A stretch of DNA of 60,256 bases from an uncultured Alphaproteobacteria bacterium (GTDB lineage Bacteria > Pseudomonadota > Alphaproteobacteria > Rs-D84). Numbering within the stretch: position 1 is the first letter of the stretch; every line of letters begins with the position of its first letter. Where the stretch lies: assembly GCA_946613195.1 (NCBI GenBank), contig CAMOFE010000002.1:1-60256 (forward strand), given 5' to 3'. Below the pieces are notes generated by a model, which made no database searches, had not been told where the DNA came from, and saw nothing but the letters and a program-made list of their open reading frames with translations. Shown here piece after piece: positions 1 through 9,475 of the stretch. Position numbers and translations under genes: made by a program.

Positions 1-54
1 ATTGCTACCACTAGTACCTGAAACTAGCGCGTCTACCAATTCCGCCATATGCCC
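1..54 (-). tRNA. tRNA-Leu(CAG), 5' portion only (truncated by window start)
   Basis: Reverse complement reads GGGCATA TG GCGGAATTGGTAGACGCG CTAGT TTCAGGT ACTAG TGGTAGCAAT. This is the class II tRNA-Leu D-arm consensus with an anticodon loop carrying CAG. The T arm and 3' end are off-window, so the 5' boundary (54 vs 56) is uncertain. Confidence 0.6.
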
Positions 55-157
55 GCGAAACGCAACAGATAATAACCTAAGTATGATTATTTTGCAACAA
101 ATTTTTTAATATTTTACTTGCCCTGATTTTTGTAATTTTGCTAACATTTTATCAGAG

Positions 158-2791
158 ATGAAGAAAATTCTGTTTTTTGCTGTGTTTTTCGCGGCGTTCT
201 GCGGTGTCGCAGATGCCGGTGTTCGCAGTGGCGCAACACATACAGCGCGTCCTGCGGTTACAGAAAAACGCGTATCCCGACCCAACAATTCAATCAACGC
301 ACGCAGTACCACACAACAATCAACATCGCGCAACACAAACCAAACGGTAACAACACGTACACCAACAAGAAATGTAACAAATCGGGATACTGGAAATGTG
401 CAATCGCGTCAGACGATTGCGCGTGCCGTAACATATGGCAGTGATACTGTTGAAACAGAAACACGTACAGGTGCAGAATACGAACGTTGCAAGGCGGCAT
501 ATTTTACATGTATGGACCAATTTTGCCAGTTAAAAAACGACAATTTCAGACGCTGTTCGTGTAATAACAGGGTTGGTGAATTGTCTGCCTTGTTGGACAC
601 TTTGCAGTCTGCCAGTGATAAACTAGATTCTTTTAATACTAATTTAGATGTCGTGGGAATGACCGCAGGTCAAGCAACCGCAATCGTTACCGCGTCAGAG
701 GGGGAAAATGCATTAACCAAAGATAAATCGTCTGCGCGTGCAATATTGCAGGCGATAATGAATTCTATTCGTGGCGGCGATGCAACGGTCAGTGGTCAAT
801 ATTCAGATCTGAACAGTGTAAATATATCTTTTGATACGGTTAATGCGTTCGGAATTGCAGATACGGGTCAGGTTATCGCGACATATAATGGGCAAGATTT
901 ATACAGTGCGGTTTATCCACAATGTCGTTCGGCGGTGCGCGCAGATTGTAATAATGCATCACTGCAACGTGCGGTTAACGCATACCTGATGGCAATAGAG
1001 GCAGATTGCAACACTGTCCAGGCAGCGATTGAAAACAAACAAAAACAGTTAAAGGCGGCTGTGCGCGAGGGCAGTGCAATGCTGGATTTGGCGCGCGTAG
1101 AAAACAGACAAAAGCATAATTCAGACGATTTAACAACATGTGTAAATAATATAGAAAACGCGATATTAAGTGAACAAGTATGTGGATCTGATTATCACAA
1201 ATGCCTGGATAATGGTGAATTTATAGACATTGCAACCGGAAAACCAATCGTAGGCGTTGCTAATTTTTATGAACTACAGAATTTGTTAAGATTTGCATCT
1301 GGGGTTACTGCTGCGGAACAAAAATTATCGCAGGTTGTTGCAAACCGCCAATTTGTTCAACGGTTTGAAACGAGGGTAAAAAAATTTGCAGAACCGGCAC
1401 TGGATAAATGTGTTGAAATCGCAGATGATGCATGGTCGGAATATTTAGACAAGGCGTTATTATCTATATATTATGCCCAACGTGCCAAGGTTGATGAAAT
1501 TAAACAAGGTTGTTTTGATTTTGTTTCTGCATGCTATATCAGTGGTGATGCATCAATAACAAATGCAATGTCGCAATTAACCGATGATGCCAGTGTAGTT
1601 TTACAACCAAATAAAATTGCATTAAACACCAAATTATGCAGCGATTACATAGAATCGTGTAACAATATGTTTGATGAAAATATCATAAAATCTTATATTA
1701 CCAATCGTCAAGATACAGATACTTTGACGGCATGTCGCGCGGTCGCAAAACAATGTTTTGACAAATTTGGCGGCAAAAGTTATGAAAATTTTTATCATCC
1801 ATACAGCGGGTTATTTACACCTGGTAATGCGATGAAATGGTTTACTTTGTATGAGGATGATGGTGTAACATTGGTGTCTGAATGTGCGAAACAAATTGCC
1901 GCAGTTGATGCGTGTAACAGTCCAGATATAATTAAACGCGCATTTGGTGGTTTTGAAACTGTTTCTGATTCTGCGCCTGCTGTGCGCAGAAAACTGCCTG
2001 TGGGCGTCGCAACCGAAGTGCATAATCAAATTACAGATACTCTGATGACCCAGTGTACAAACCTGCAAGGACGCTTTATTGAACGCTTTTTGTTTGAGAT
2101 TAAAGAAGAATATCGTAATTTATATCACAGCAACAATTTATGTGCGATTGTAACAACAGTTAATTCGCCGATTAATAAACCAATTGCCACAGGCAGCAAC
2201 ATAAAAATATCCGATATATATAACATCAGTAATGATGAAATTATATGTCCCGGGAATTATTCTATCACTGTTGATACAGAATCATGGGGGATTTGTTCGT
2301 GTTGGGAAAATGGTGGTCGCCGCAGCAAATTTGGACGATCTGCAAATTGTTTGCCAGAATTACCTGTAAAGTCATTTACATACACACAGCAAGTTACATG
2401 TGAAACAAACGCTGATTGCAGCACAGGATATACTTGTTCCACGTCTGGATTGTGTAAGTCTGGAAACAATGTTGAAACAGTAACAAAAATTGGACATGCG
2501 GATGATGCACAATGTTATATTAAACAAGCCGGAAACAATATTGGTACATATATAAAACGATTCTCGGGCACCAATTTTTCCAGTACGGATTGGTGTACGC
2601 AAACAACGTATATTACCAATAATGGTCAAATATGTCCGTATGGTTATGCATTAAGTGTAGATGGCACTTCATGTTGTCAATGCACAGGACAAAACAACAA
2701 TGGCGACACTACATATAATTGCGGCACGCTTACTGGACTGTGTTTTGATGTTGATGATGGCGTTATGAAAAATGTTCCTGTTGGAATGTAA
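158..2791 (+). CDS. Large secreted Cys-rich protein of unknown function (signal peptide, T/N/R-rich linker, Cys-rich body)
   Basis: 877-aa ORF. It has an N-terminal signal peptide MKKILFFAVFFAAFCGVADA and a low-complexity T/N/R/Q-rich segment, followed by the motif YERCKAAYFTCMDQFC and many spaced Cys through to the C-terminus. No family recognised. It shares the N-terminal Cys motif with the ORF at 37305-38549. Confidence 0.7.
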   Translation: MKKILFFAVFFAAFCGVADAGVRSGATHTARPAVTEKRVSRPNNSINARSTTQQSTSRNTNQTVTTRTPTRNVTNRDTGNVQSRQTIARAVTYGSDTVETETRTGAEYERCKAAYFTCMDQFCQLKNDNFRRCSCNNRVGELSALLDTLQSASDKLDSFNTNLDVVGMTAGQATAIVTASEGENALTKDKSSARAILQAIMNSIRGGDATVSGQYSDLNSVNISFDTVNAFGIADTGQVIATYNGQDLYSAVYPQCRSAVRADCNNASLQRAVNAYLMAIEADCNTVQAAIENKQKQLKAAVREGSAMLDLARVENRQKHNSDDLTTCVNNIENAILSEQVCGSDYHKCLDNGEFIDIATGKPIVGVANFYELQNLLRFASGVTAAEQKLSQVVANRQFVQRFETRVKKFAEPALDKCVEIADDAWSEYLDKALLSIYYAQRAKVDEIKQGCFDFVSACYISGDASITNAMSQLTDDASVVLQPNKIALNTKLCSDYIESCNNMFDENIIKSYITNRQDTDTLTACRAVAKQCFDKFGGKSYENFYHPYSGLFTPGNAMKWFTLYEDDGVTLVSECAKQIAAVDACNSPDIIKRAFGGFETVSDSAPAVRRKLPVGVATEVHNQITDTLMTQCTNLQGRFIERFLFEIKEEYRNLYHSNNLCAIVTTVNSPINKPIATGSNIKISDIYNISNDEIICPGNYSITVDTESWGICSCWENGGRRSKFGRSANCLPELPVKSFTYTQQVTCETNADCSTGYTCSTSGLCKSGNNVETVTKIGHADDAQCYIKQAGNNIGTYIKRFSGTNFSSTDWCTQTTYITNNGQICPYGYALSVDGTSCCQCTGQNNNGDTTYNCGTLTGLCFDVDDGVMKNVPVGM

Positions 2792-2807
2792 ATATAGTTA
2801 AAAAATA

Positions 2808-3950
2808 TTATTTAGAAATCGTTTTGCGAATGTCGGCAATAATTGTTTCTGTCGCGGAATTATTCCCGGCGCGCCACAAAGAATCAGCGTTTTTTAATCC
2901 TGTTATCATACGTGCGCGGTTTTGTTGTTTGTTTAATGCAACCAAGGCATTAAATATATTCATATGTGTTGCGCGCGGCCCCAAAAATTCTGGATAGATA
3001 CCACGATTTGATAATATGTTCACCAATGATGCCCATTTAACATTTATCAAATGTTTTACAATCCATGTCGTAATTGGGTTCATTTTATATACAATTATCG
3101 CAGGAATATGCAACATTGCCAATTCCACAGATACAGTCCCACTGGCGGCAATTGCAATATATGTTTTAGAATATAAATCGTATCGTGAATCTGACGATAC
3201 TAATTCAGGACGAATTTTCCAATTTTTAACCGCGTCTGTAACATAATTCACAGTTGTTTCAACGGTTGGTATTACAAATTTATAATTGTTATAACCGCGT
3301 GCATACAATGTTTCAACCGTATGTTGAAATATCGGCATTAAACGTTTGACTTCGGACATACGGCTGCCTGGAATCAAGGCAATAATTTTTTCCCCATTTG
3401 CTTTTTTCGTTTTTGTGCCGATTAGTTTATCAGCCAATGGATGTCCAACCGCGATTGTATCTAAACCGAATTTTGTGAAATAAGGAATCTCAAAATCAAA
3501 AAAAGCATACAGTTTATCAAATGTTTTTGCGTACTTTTTTGCGCGCCCGGGACGCCATGCCCAAACCTGGGGGGCAACAAAGTGATGAAACCGTAAACCG
3601 TTTTTTATTAATTTTGCGCCTGTGTCGGTTGTTTTTACCCCCGCCACAACGCGTTTGGCGAATCCTGGGGAATCAATAGTTAGAACTAAATCAGGCTGTT
3701 CTGTAAGAATTGCATTGATTGTTTGGTTTATTCGGCGTGTTAATGTACGCGCGTGGGCCAAAACCTCTATCGCGCCCATAACTGCCAAATCAGACATTGG
3801 GAAAATAGATTTTAATCCATGTTTAATCATATTTTCGCCACCAATGCCCACAAATTCAATATCTGGCATTTTAGAGATTATTTCACCCCCCAGCATATCG
3901 CCAGAAACTTCGCCTGCAATTATAAAAATTTTGTGTTTTTTATTCCGCAT
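2808..3950 (-). CDS. lpxB: Lipid-A-disaccharide synthase
   Basis: N-terminus KIFIIAGEVSGDMLGG is the typical LpxB start, and the length fits. Start chosen at MRNKKHK (ATG 3950), which overlaps the lpxA stop by 11 nt. The ORF track extends to 4004. Confidence 0.85.
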   Translation of the reverse strand: MRNKKHKIFIIAGEVSGDMLGGEIISKMPDIEFVGIGGENMIKHGLKSIFPMSDLAVMGAIEVLAHARTLTRRINQTINAILTEQPDLVLTIDSPGFAKRVVAGVKTTDTGAKLIKNGLRFHHFVAPQVWAWRPGRAKKYAKTFDKLYAFFDFEIPYFTKFGLDTIAVGHPLADKLIGTKTKKANGEKIIALIPGSRMSEVKRLMPIFQHTVETLYARGYNNYKFVIPTVETTVNYVTDAVKNWKIRPELVSSDSRYDLYSKTYIAIAASGTVSVELAMLHIPAIIVYKMNPITTWIVKHLINVKWASLVNILSNRGIYPEFLGPRATHMNIFNALVALNKQQNRARMITGLKNADSLWRAGNNSATETIIADIRKTISK

Positions 3951-4737
3951 TATTTGATGTGCCAATTCCGCGTTTAGAACGATTTTCAATAAAATCAATT
4001 GCATCCATGGCGTATTTATTATTTTTTACTTCTTTGCGAATGCGTGCCAATCGTTCTGTAACTGTGCCATCAGACCCCTTGAATACAGCAGAATACACAG
4101 AATGAATTGCATGCATATCTTCATTAGTAAATCCATGACGCATCAGTCCAACACGATTAATTGTACGATATGTTGCGCGTGCGCCATCATAAATTGCATA
4201 TGGCAAAATATCATTTCCAACCCCAGACATCCCGCCAATAAATGCATTACGACCAATTCTGGCAAATTGTAATACCATAACGCCACCAGATAATATTGCA
4301 AAGTCTTCAATTTCTACGTGCCCAGCAACCTGGACCAGGTTTGACATAACCACACTGTTACCAATTTTGCAATCATGACCAACATGGGCATTAACCATAA
4401 TTTGACAGTCATCGCCAATAACCGTCCCATCTGATGCAGGTGTGCCCGAATGAATTGTTACATATTCGCGAATTTTGCAACGTTTCCCAATGCGCAACCC
4501 GGTCATTGCAGTTTCGTCTTGCCATTTTAAGTCTTGGCTCATTACGCCCAGTACTGCAAAAGGGTAAACAATAGAATCATCACCAATAGTCGTTTTTCCA
4601 TCAATAACAACATTAGATATTAATTCAACACGATCGCCCAAGACAACATTTGGACCAACAATACAAAAAGGTCCAATTTTACAATCTGTCCCCAGTTTTG
4701 CACCATCATGAATAATTGCTGTTGGATGTATATTCAT
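3940..4737 (-). CDS. lpxA: Acyl-ACP--UDP-N-acetylglucosamine O-acyltransferase
   Basis: MNIHPTAIIHDGAKLGTDCKIGPFCIVGPNVVLGDRVELISNVVIDG shows left-handed beta-helix hexapeptide repeats with an LpxA-like N-terminus. Start chosen at MNIHP. Confidence 0.85.
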   Translation of the reverse strand: MNIHPTAIIHDGAKLGTDCKIGPFCIVGPNVVLGDRVELISNVVIDGKTTIGDDSIVYPFAVLGVMSQDLKWQDETAMTGLRIGKRCKIREYVTIHSGTPASDGTVIGDDCQIMVNAHVGHDCKIGNSVVMSNLVQVAGHVEIEDFAILSGGVMVLQFARIGRNAFIGGMSGVGNDILPYAIYDGARATYRTINRVGLMRHGFTNEDMHAIHSVYSAVFKGSDGTVTERLARIRKEVKNNKYAMDAIDFIENRSKRGIGTSNNAE

Positions 4738-4821
4738 AACAAAAATCCCCATACTTGCTTAAATTATGGTTGTTATGATACACCCTGTGCATCCAAATTG
4801 GTATTAAAGAAATATAACAAA

Positions 4822-5817
4822 TTATAACAAGAATTTTAATTCAGACCAGACTTGCTTTGCAGATATGCGTTGCAAGATTATGATTCCCAGTGCCGCAATC
4901 GTGGTAATTCCAGAAACAATTCCGAACGAAATAACGGTTAATGCGAATAATTTCTGAACCAGATTTTCTGGCGTTTTATTTGCATGCCACACAGACATCG
5001 CAAACATACCCCAGAACAAAAACGTTGTTCCCAAGAACACAGGAACCGATTCTGTCATAACAAACAATACACAACCTAACAAGCACATGAAACGCGCCAA
5101 CCATTTTAATTTTACATATGCACTATGATGAATTTTTTCCGCCGGTTTCATCATATTGGCAGATATGGTTGCGGCAAACAGTGCACCCACCAACATAACA
5201 AAGCCCAGATGAACAATAGTCAAATTACCCAGTTGACCGAATCTGAAATATTCTGGCTGCATCAACAGTGCGGTTGTTGCAATCATCATAACAATCAATG
5301 CGCCAACAATAGGCGATGGTGTGAATTTATAATGTTTGCCCAGTAATAATCCAAACAAAACTGCGCCAATTTGCAATATCGGCCCCCACCAAGTATGCAG
5401 GTCTGAGACCCCAATCATTGCCAGTACTGTTAATAAAATCCCAAATCGCGCCCATTTTTTATCGGTAATTTTAGGCAATTTAACATCACGCATATGCGAT
5501 GTAATAAAGTAACTGGATGTAAATAATATAAATGCAGTAACCATTGGTAACACAGATGTCGTGTCGCGTAAAGTATCATAATTTCCACCAAACAACACTG
5601 TCCAAATCATTATCAATGCCACCAAAACAATAGAATCACGTTTCGCGGAATTAGATGTATTCCAGCCAAGTTTTTCCAAGAACACATTGCCATAAAAATA
5701 CGCGATTGCAAACAATGGTATTGCCAATATTGCGTTCCACAGGAATGCGGGTGCAAACAATGCGGAATTATTAAATGCGCTGACCGCGCTTTGTACAACC
5801 AGTGTATCGTCAAACAT
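4822..5817 (-). CDS. Polytopic inner-membrane protein, unknown function
   Basis: Long ORF with multiple hydrophobic helices. The ATG at 5817 is preceded by AAAAGG at a 7-nt spacing; the longer track ORF begins with TTG at 5862. Confidence 0.6.
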   Translation of the reverse strand: MFDDTLVVQSAVSAFNNSALFAPAFLWNAILAIPLFAIAYFYGNVFLEKLGWNTSNSAKRDSIVLVALIMIWTVLFGGNYDTLRDTTSVLPMVTAFILFTSSYFITSHMRDVKLPKITDKKWARFGILLTVLAMIGVSDLHTWWGPILQIGAVLFGLLLGKHYKFTPSPIVGALIVMMIATTALLMQPEYFRFGQLGNLTIVHLGFVMLVGALFAATISANMMKPAEKIHHSAYVKLKWLARFMCLLGCVLFVMTESVPVFLGTTFLFWGMFAMSVWHANKTPENLVQKLFALTVISFGIVSGITTIAALGIIILQRISAKQVWSELKFLL

Positions 5818-5855
5818 AAACTTGCCTTTTTGTTTTGTTGAATTATTATATAGGT

Positions 5856-6548
5856 ATGGCAAAAAAACAAGGAAATTTTACTTTGTTGGGTGGATTGGTG
5901 AATATGCGCCATGGCTTTTATAACCCAACATCTGATGCTGTATGGTTGGCGGCATTTGCCGCGGGTGCCACAGGCAGCACGGTTTTGGATGTTGGTATCG
6001 GTACTGGCGGTATCGCATTATGTATGTTACAACACAATCCAAAATTATCTGTAACTGGTATTGATATATCTGACCAAATGTTGAAAGAATGTACGGTTAA
6101 TGCCGAACTGAACAGCCGTGAAATTGAATTAATAAATGCTGATATAATGACATGGCGCACATCACGAACATTTGATATTGTTGTATCAAATCCGCCGTAT
6201 TTTCGTGGAACACCATCTGCGCGGCACAGTGGCGCACATCATAATGCAGATATTGTTACATGGGTTCATCGGTGTGTGGCGCGCGTGCGCCCACGTGGAA
6301 CATTTTTTACAATTGTGGACAGTGCTGTTTTATCTGATGTAATCAGTGCAATGCAAAAGTCTTGTGGTGATATCACGATATTACCATTATTTGGTGCGCG
6401 TAATGTTGCAGAACGCGTGTTGTTAAGTGGGCGCGTTGGTACGCGCGGCGGAACGATTTTACATAACGGATTACAGATGAATAATGAAATGGTTTTACGT
6501 GATGGCTTGACTATTAATCAGATATTGGCTAGACTGGGGCAGATATGA
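5856..6548 (+). CDS. SAM-dependent N6-adenine methyltransferase, TrmN6/YfiC-like (NPPY motif)
   Basis: SAM-binding motif LDVGIGTGGIALCM and catalytic VSNPPYF. The N-terminal LLGG...DAVWLAA resembles tRNA1(Val) m6A37 methyltransferases. Start at MAKKQ. Confidence 0.7.
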   Translation: MAKKQGNFTLLGGLVNMRHGFYNPTSDAVWLAAFAAGATGSTVLDVGIGTGGIALCMLQHNPKLSVTGIDISDQMLKECTVNAELNSREIELINADIMTWRTSRTFDIVVSNPPYFRGTPSARHSGAHHNADIVTWVHRCVARVRPRGTFFTIVDSAVLSDVISAMQKSCGDITILPLFGARNVAERVLLSGRVGTRGGTILHNGLQMNNEMVLRDGLTINQILARLGQI

Positions 6549-7822
6549 TAGGTTTTATTGCCAGATATTTTTCGTCCTTGTGGGCATTGATAACATCGCC
6601 ATTTCGCGCGGTGTGGCGCATTATTGTGCGTATTTTCCCACCACGTGAATTCACGGTTATGGATACGCCACGTGGTAATGTTTATACTTTTAATCAGAGC
6701 AGTTTTTGGCGTTTCACAAAATTCTGTGGCAAGGTTGGATTGATTATTTGGGCAACATGGTCAACATATGTATTTGTATATCATCGCCCATTGCTGCAAA
6801 AGCGCACCATGCAGTTAGAAGCGATTCGTACCATGCACGCACGTCAAATGACTGATTTACAGGTTTATTTGGCAAAATATAATGAGTTAACTAAAAATCT
6901 GAATGTTGTTGATGACAAGATATTAAATACGAAAAAATTAACAGATGCCCAGAAAGATGAACTGATGAAATCCCGCTTGAAAACATGGGGCGAATTGGAC
7001 TTTTTGCGTACGCGTCTGAACGAAATGTTTGCAGATGAAAATTATTCGCCTGAATATGTAAAAACATCAGAAATGGCGGCAGAATATGAATTGATGCGCG
7101 CCCAAAATGAAGAATTGCAAAAACGCAATGCGCAGATTGTTGAATCTATGTATGCGATTGCCGATGCCGATGCGCAAATTGTTGATACTGTATCGGCGAT
7201 GACATCTGAAAATATGGAAAAATTACGCAAGAATCTGAAAAAAATACAAAGTTCGTTGGTGTCGCTGGGGTTGAATCAGCAAGATTTAATGCGCCAGGCC
7301 AGTTCGTATTCTAACCCATTGGTTGGTGCGGCGTTCAGCCCGCTGGATATTGATAAAGACCTGAATCCAAAGTATCAAAAATTAGCGGATGATTTACAAT
7401 TATGGCATGGTTTGGTGCGTCTGCAAACAATATTACCGATTGGTGCGCCGGTTGCCCAGGTTCGTGTTACATCTAAATACGGTATGCGCAAAGACCCATT
7501 TAATGGCAAGCCCAAGAAACACAAGGGTATTGATTTCGGCGGTAAAATTGGTACAGAATTGATGGCTGTTGCGCCTGGACGTGTGGTGTCTGCGGGTGAA
7601 CGCGTCGGATATGGCAAGACTGTTGAAATTGACCATGGCCTTGGGTTTACAACATTGTATGCACATTTGTCCCAGATAAATGTTGCGCGTGGTGATTGGG
7701 TGCACAGTGGTACAATTGTCGGCTTGGGTGGTTCATCTGGCCGTTCAACAGGACCGCATTTGCATTATGAAATTCGGTACAAGGGGAAACCGTTTGATCC
7801 AATAAACTTTGTAAAGGAATGA
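6545..7822 (+). CDS. Bitopic M23 (LytM-domain) metallopeptidase with coiled-coil linker, LmdC-like
   Basis: C-terminal HKGIDFGG...GRVVSAG...GYGKTVEIDHG...TLYAHL...GSSGRSTGPHLHYEIR is an M23 peptidase domain. Upstream lie a cytoplasmic segment, one TM helix and a coiled-coil region. ATGA overlap with the upstream gene. Confidence 0.85.
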   Translation: MIGFIARYFSSLWALITSPFRAVWRIIVRIFPPREFTVMDTPRGNVYTFNQSSFWRFTKFCGKVGLIIWATWSTYVFVYHRPLLQKRTMQLEAIRTMHARQMTDLQVYLAKYNELTKNLNVVDDKILNTKKLTDAQKDELMKSRLKTWGELDFLRTRLNEMFADENYSPEYVKTSEMAAEYELMRAQNEELQKRNAQIVESMYAIADADAQIVDTVSAMTSENMEKLRKNLKKIQSSLVSLGLNQQDLMRQASSYSNPLVGAAFSPLDIDKDLNPKYQKLADDLQLWHGLVRLQTILPIGAPVAQVRVTSKYGMRKDPFNGKPKKHKGIDFGGKIGTELMAVAPGRVVSAGERVGYGKTVEIDHGLGFTTLYAHLSQINVARGDWVHSGTIVGLGGSSGRSTGPHLHYEIRYKGKPFDPINFVKE

Positions 7823-7826
7823 AAGG

Positions 7827-8177
7827 ATGCTGGCATTTACTAACGCAAAAGAAAAGCAATCGCCAACCATAATTGGGGCAGGTTGCAGATTAACAGGAAA
7901 CATTAAAACAGATCATACTGTGCAAATTCACGGTGATATCACAGGTGATATAACTGCGGATATTGTGATAATTGGTCGCGGTGGTCGTGTCAATGGGCGT
8001 ATAAATGCAAATGAATTGTTTTTGCATGGCACACTGGATGGGCCGGCATCTGTAAATATTGCAAATGTTTTCAGTAATGCACAAATGCGCGGGGTTCTGG
8101 AATACAATACATTGAACATTTCTGCAAATACAGGTCTGGAATGTAAATTGGCAAAACGCAAGGATAAAAAGAAATGA
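7827..8177 (+). CDS. Bactofilin (polymer-forming cytoskeletal protein)
   Basis: 116 aa. IIGAGCRLTGNIKTDHTVQIHGDITGDITADIVIIGRGGRVNGRINANELFLHGTLDG is the bactofilin/DUF583 beta-helical repeat pattern. Confidence 0.8.
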   Translation: MLAFTNAKEKQSPTIIGAGCRLTGNIKTDHTVQIHGDITGDITADIVIIGRGGRVNGRINANELFLHGTLDGPASVNIANVFSNAQMRGVLEYNTLNISANTGLECKLAKRKDKKK

Positions 8178-8620
8178 ACAAGTCTGTATCAAAAGTTTTT
8201 ATTGCCGCAGATCATCGCGGTGTTGGATTAAAACTGTATCTGATTGAAATGTTAAGTGCGGCGGGATACGCTGTGGTAAATCTGGGGACAGATAACCCAG
8301 ACGTTATGGTTGATTTCCCGGATGTTGCGGCAGATATGGCAAACGCGATGGGCGATGATAAAAATGTTCGTGGTATATTGGTGTGTGGCACGGGTGCAGG
8401 TATGGAAATTGCGGCGAATCGTTATCGTAATATTCGCGCATCGCGGTGCTTTTTGCCAGAACAGGCGCGCGATGACAGATTTCACGATGATATAAATGTT
8501 TTGGCATTGGCAGCAGATGATATTGATATAGAAATGGCATTTATGTGTGCCCAGGCATTCCTGGAAAGTCCATTTGATTCAACAGAACGTCGCATCCGCA
8601 GAATTAAAAAGATTTCATAA
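8174..8620 (+). CDS. rpiB: Ribose-5-phosphate isomerase B
   Basis: KVFIAADHRGVGLK...GILVCGTGAGMEIAANR is the RpiB/LacAB signature. ATGA overlap with the bactofilin gene. Confidence 0.85.
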   Translation: MNKSVSKVFIAADHRGVGLKLYLIEMLSAAGYAVVNLGTDNPDVMVDFPDVAADMANAMGDDKNVRGILVCGTGAGMEIAANRYRNIRASRCFLPEQARDDRFHDDINVLALAADDIDIEMAFMCAQAFLESPFDSTERRIRRIKKIS

Positions 8621-8645
8621 AAAACCGCCAACGGCGGTTTTTTAT
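8621..8645. terminator. Bidirectional intrinsic terminator between rpiB and dcd
   Basis: AAAACCGCC-AAC-GGCGGTTTT hairpin flanked by an A-run and a T-run, between convergent genes. Confidence 0.75.
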
Positions 8646-9358
8646 TTCTGCATCGCATCACGAATAAACCAATCAATCGCAATTGGTGATGCCGGGGTCG
8701 GGCCCGATTGTTTGTTATAATGGCTGGCTGTGTTTTTATCGTATGGTTTGCGTTTGCCTGTAAATTTTTCATAATAAATTTGACCGATACGCATATATGG
8801 ATATATAACCGTTGGATACAATGTTTTGATTTCCAGTGTCCATTGTCCGCAGAATCCATCGTCCCCACGACCTGCGGTGTGATGATTTAATACAAAGTTT
8901 CGTCCCAATGATGATTTACCATCAATATATGGAAACAAATTTCGTGTTTCTGTATATTCCAGTGTTGACCCCAAATAACCAATGTTTGGCGACAAAATTA
9001 AACCTGTGTCTGGAATTTCAATATCTATTGTTTCATGTGATTTTGTGTCGCATGGGTTAATTAAATATTGTGGGTTGCGAATGTCATAACCAGTCGGGCG
9101 CAGTGTATAATCTTCGTATTTCCATGGGTCGTTAAACCAATCGCGCATTGAATAACGTTTGTTTTTATCAAAAACTATGGCTGGTTTCATCCCGTCTGGG
9201 ATTGTGTTTTTATAAACTTTCAACTGTGGCGCCAAATGCAAATCATAACTGTTGCTGCCCAGACAACGTTCGTCAAACGGGGTAATTATAATATCTGGTG
9301 TTTTATGAAACAAACGCGGTTTCATTCTTTTTGCTATTTCTGGTCCAGTCAGTTGCAT
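8642..9358 (-). CDS. dcd: dCTP deaminase family protein
   Basis: GSNSYDLHL, DGKSSLGR, GDDGFCGQWTLEI and RIGQIYYE match the Dcd/dUTPase-fold motifs in order. The ATG at 9358 is preceded by AAAGG. Confidence 0.7.
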   Translation of the reverse strand: MQLTGPEIAKRMKPRLFHKTPDIIITPFDERCLGSNSYDLHLAPQLKVYKNTIPDGMKPAIVFDKNKRYSMRDWFNDPWKYEDYTLRPTGYDIRNPQYLINPCDTKSHETIDIEIPDTGLILSPNIGYLGSTLEYTETRNLFPYIDGKSSLGRNFVLNHHTAGRGDDGFCGQWTLEIKTLYPTVIYPYMRIGQIYYEKFTGKRKPYDKNTASHYNKQSGPTPASPIAIDWFIRDAMQK

Positions 9359-9475
9359 CTTAATGCCTTTTAGTTGTCTGTCCCACACCCCCTATGTCCA
9401 ATAAATCTTATACCAGATATATGAATTTGCAAGATTTTTGTTCACTTTTCAGAATGTTGTGCTATTGTTTTGGGT

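Noticed and set aside
106-600. Several 60-76-aa minus-strand ORFs at the 5' end of the first gene.
   Set aside because: They overlap the signal peptide and linker region of the 877-aa ORF and have no supporting features.
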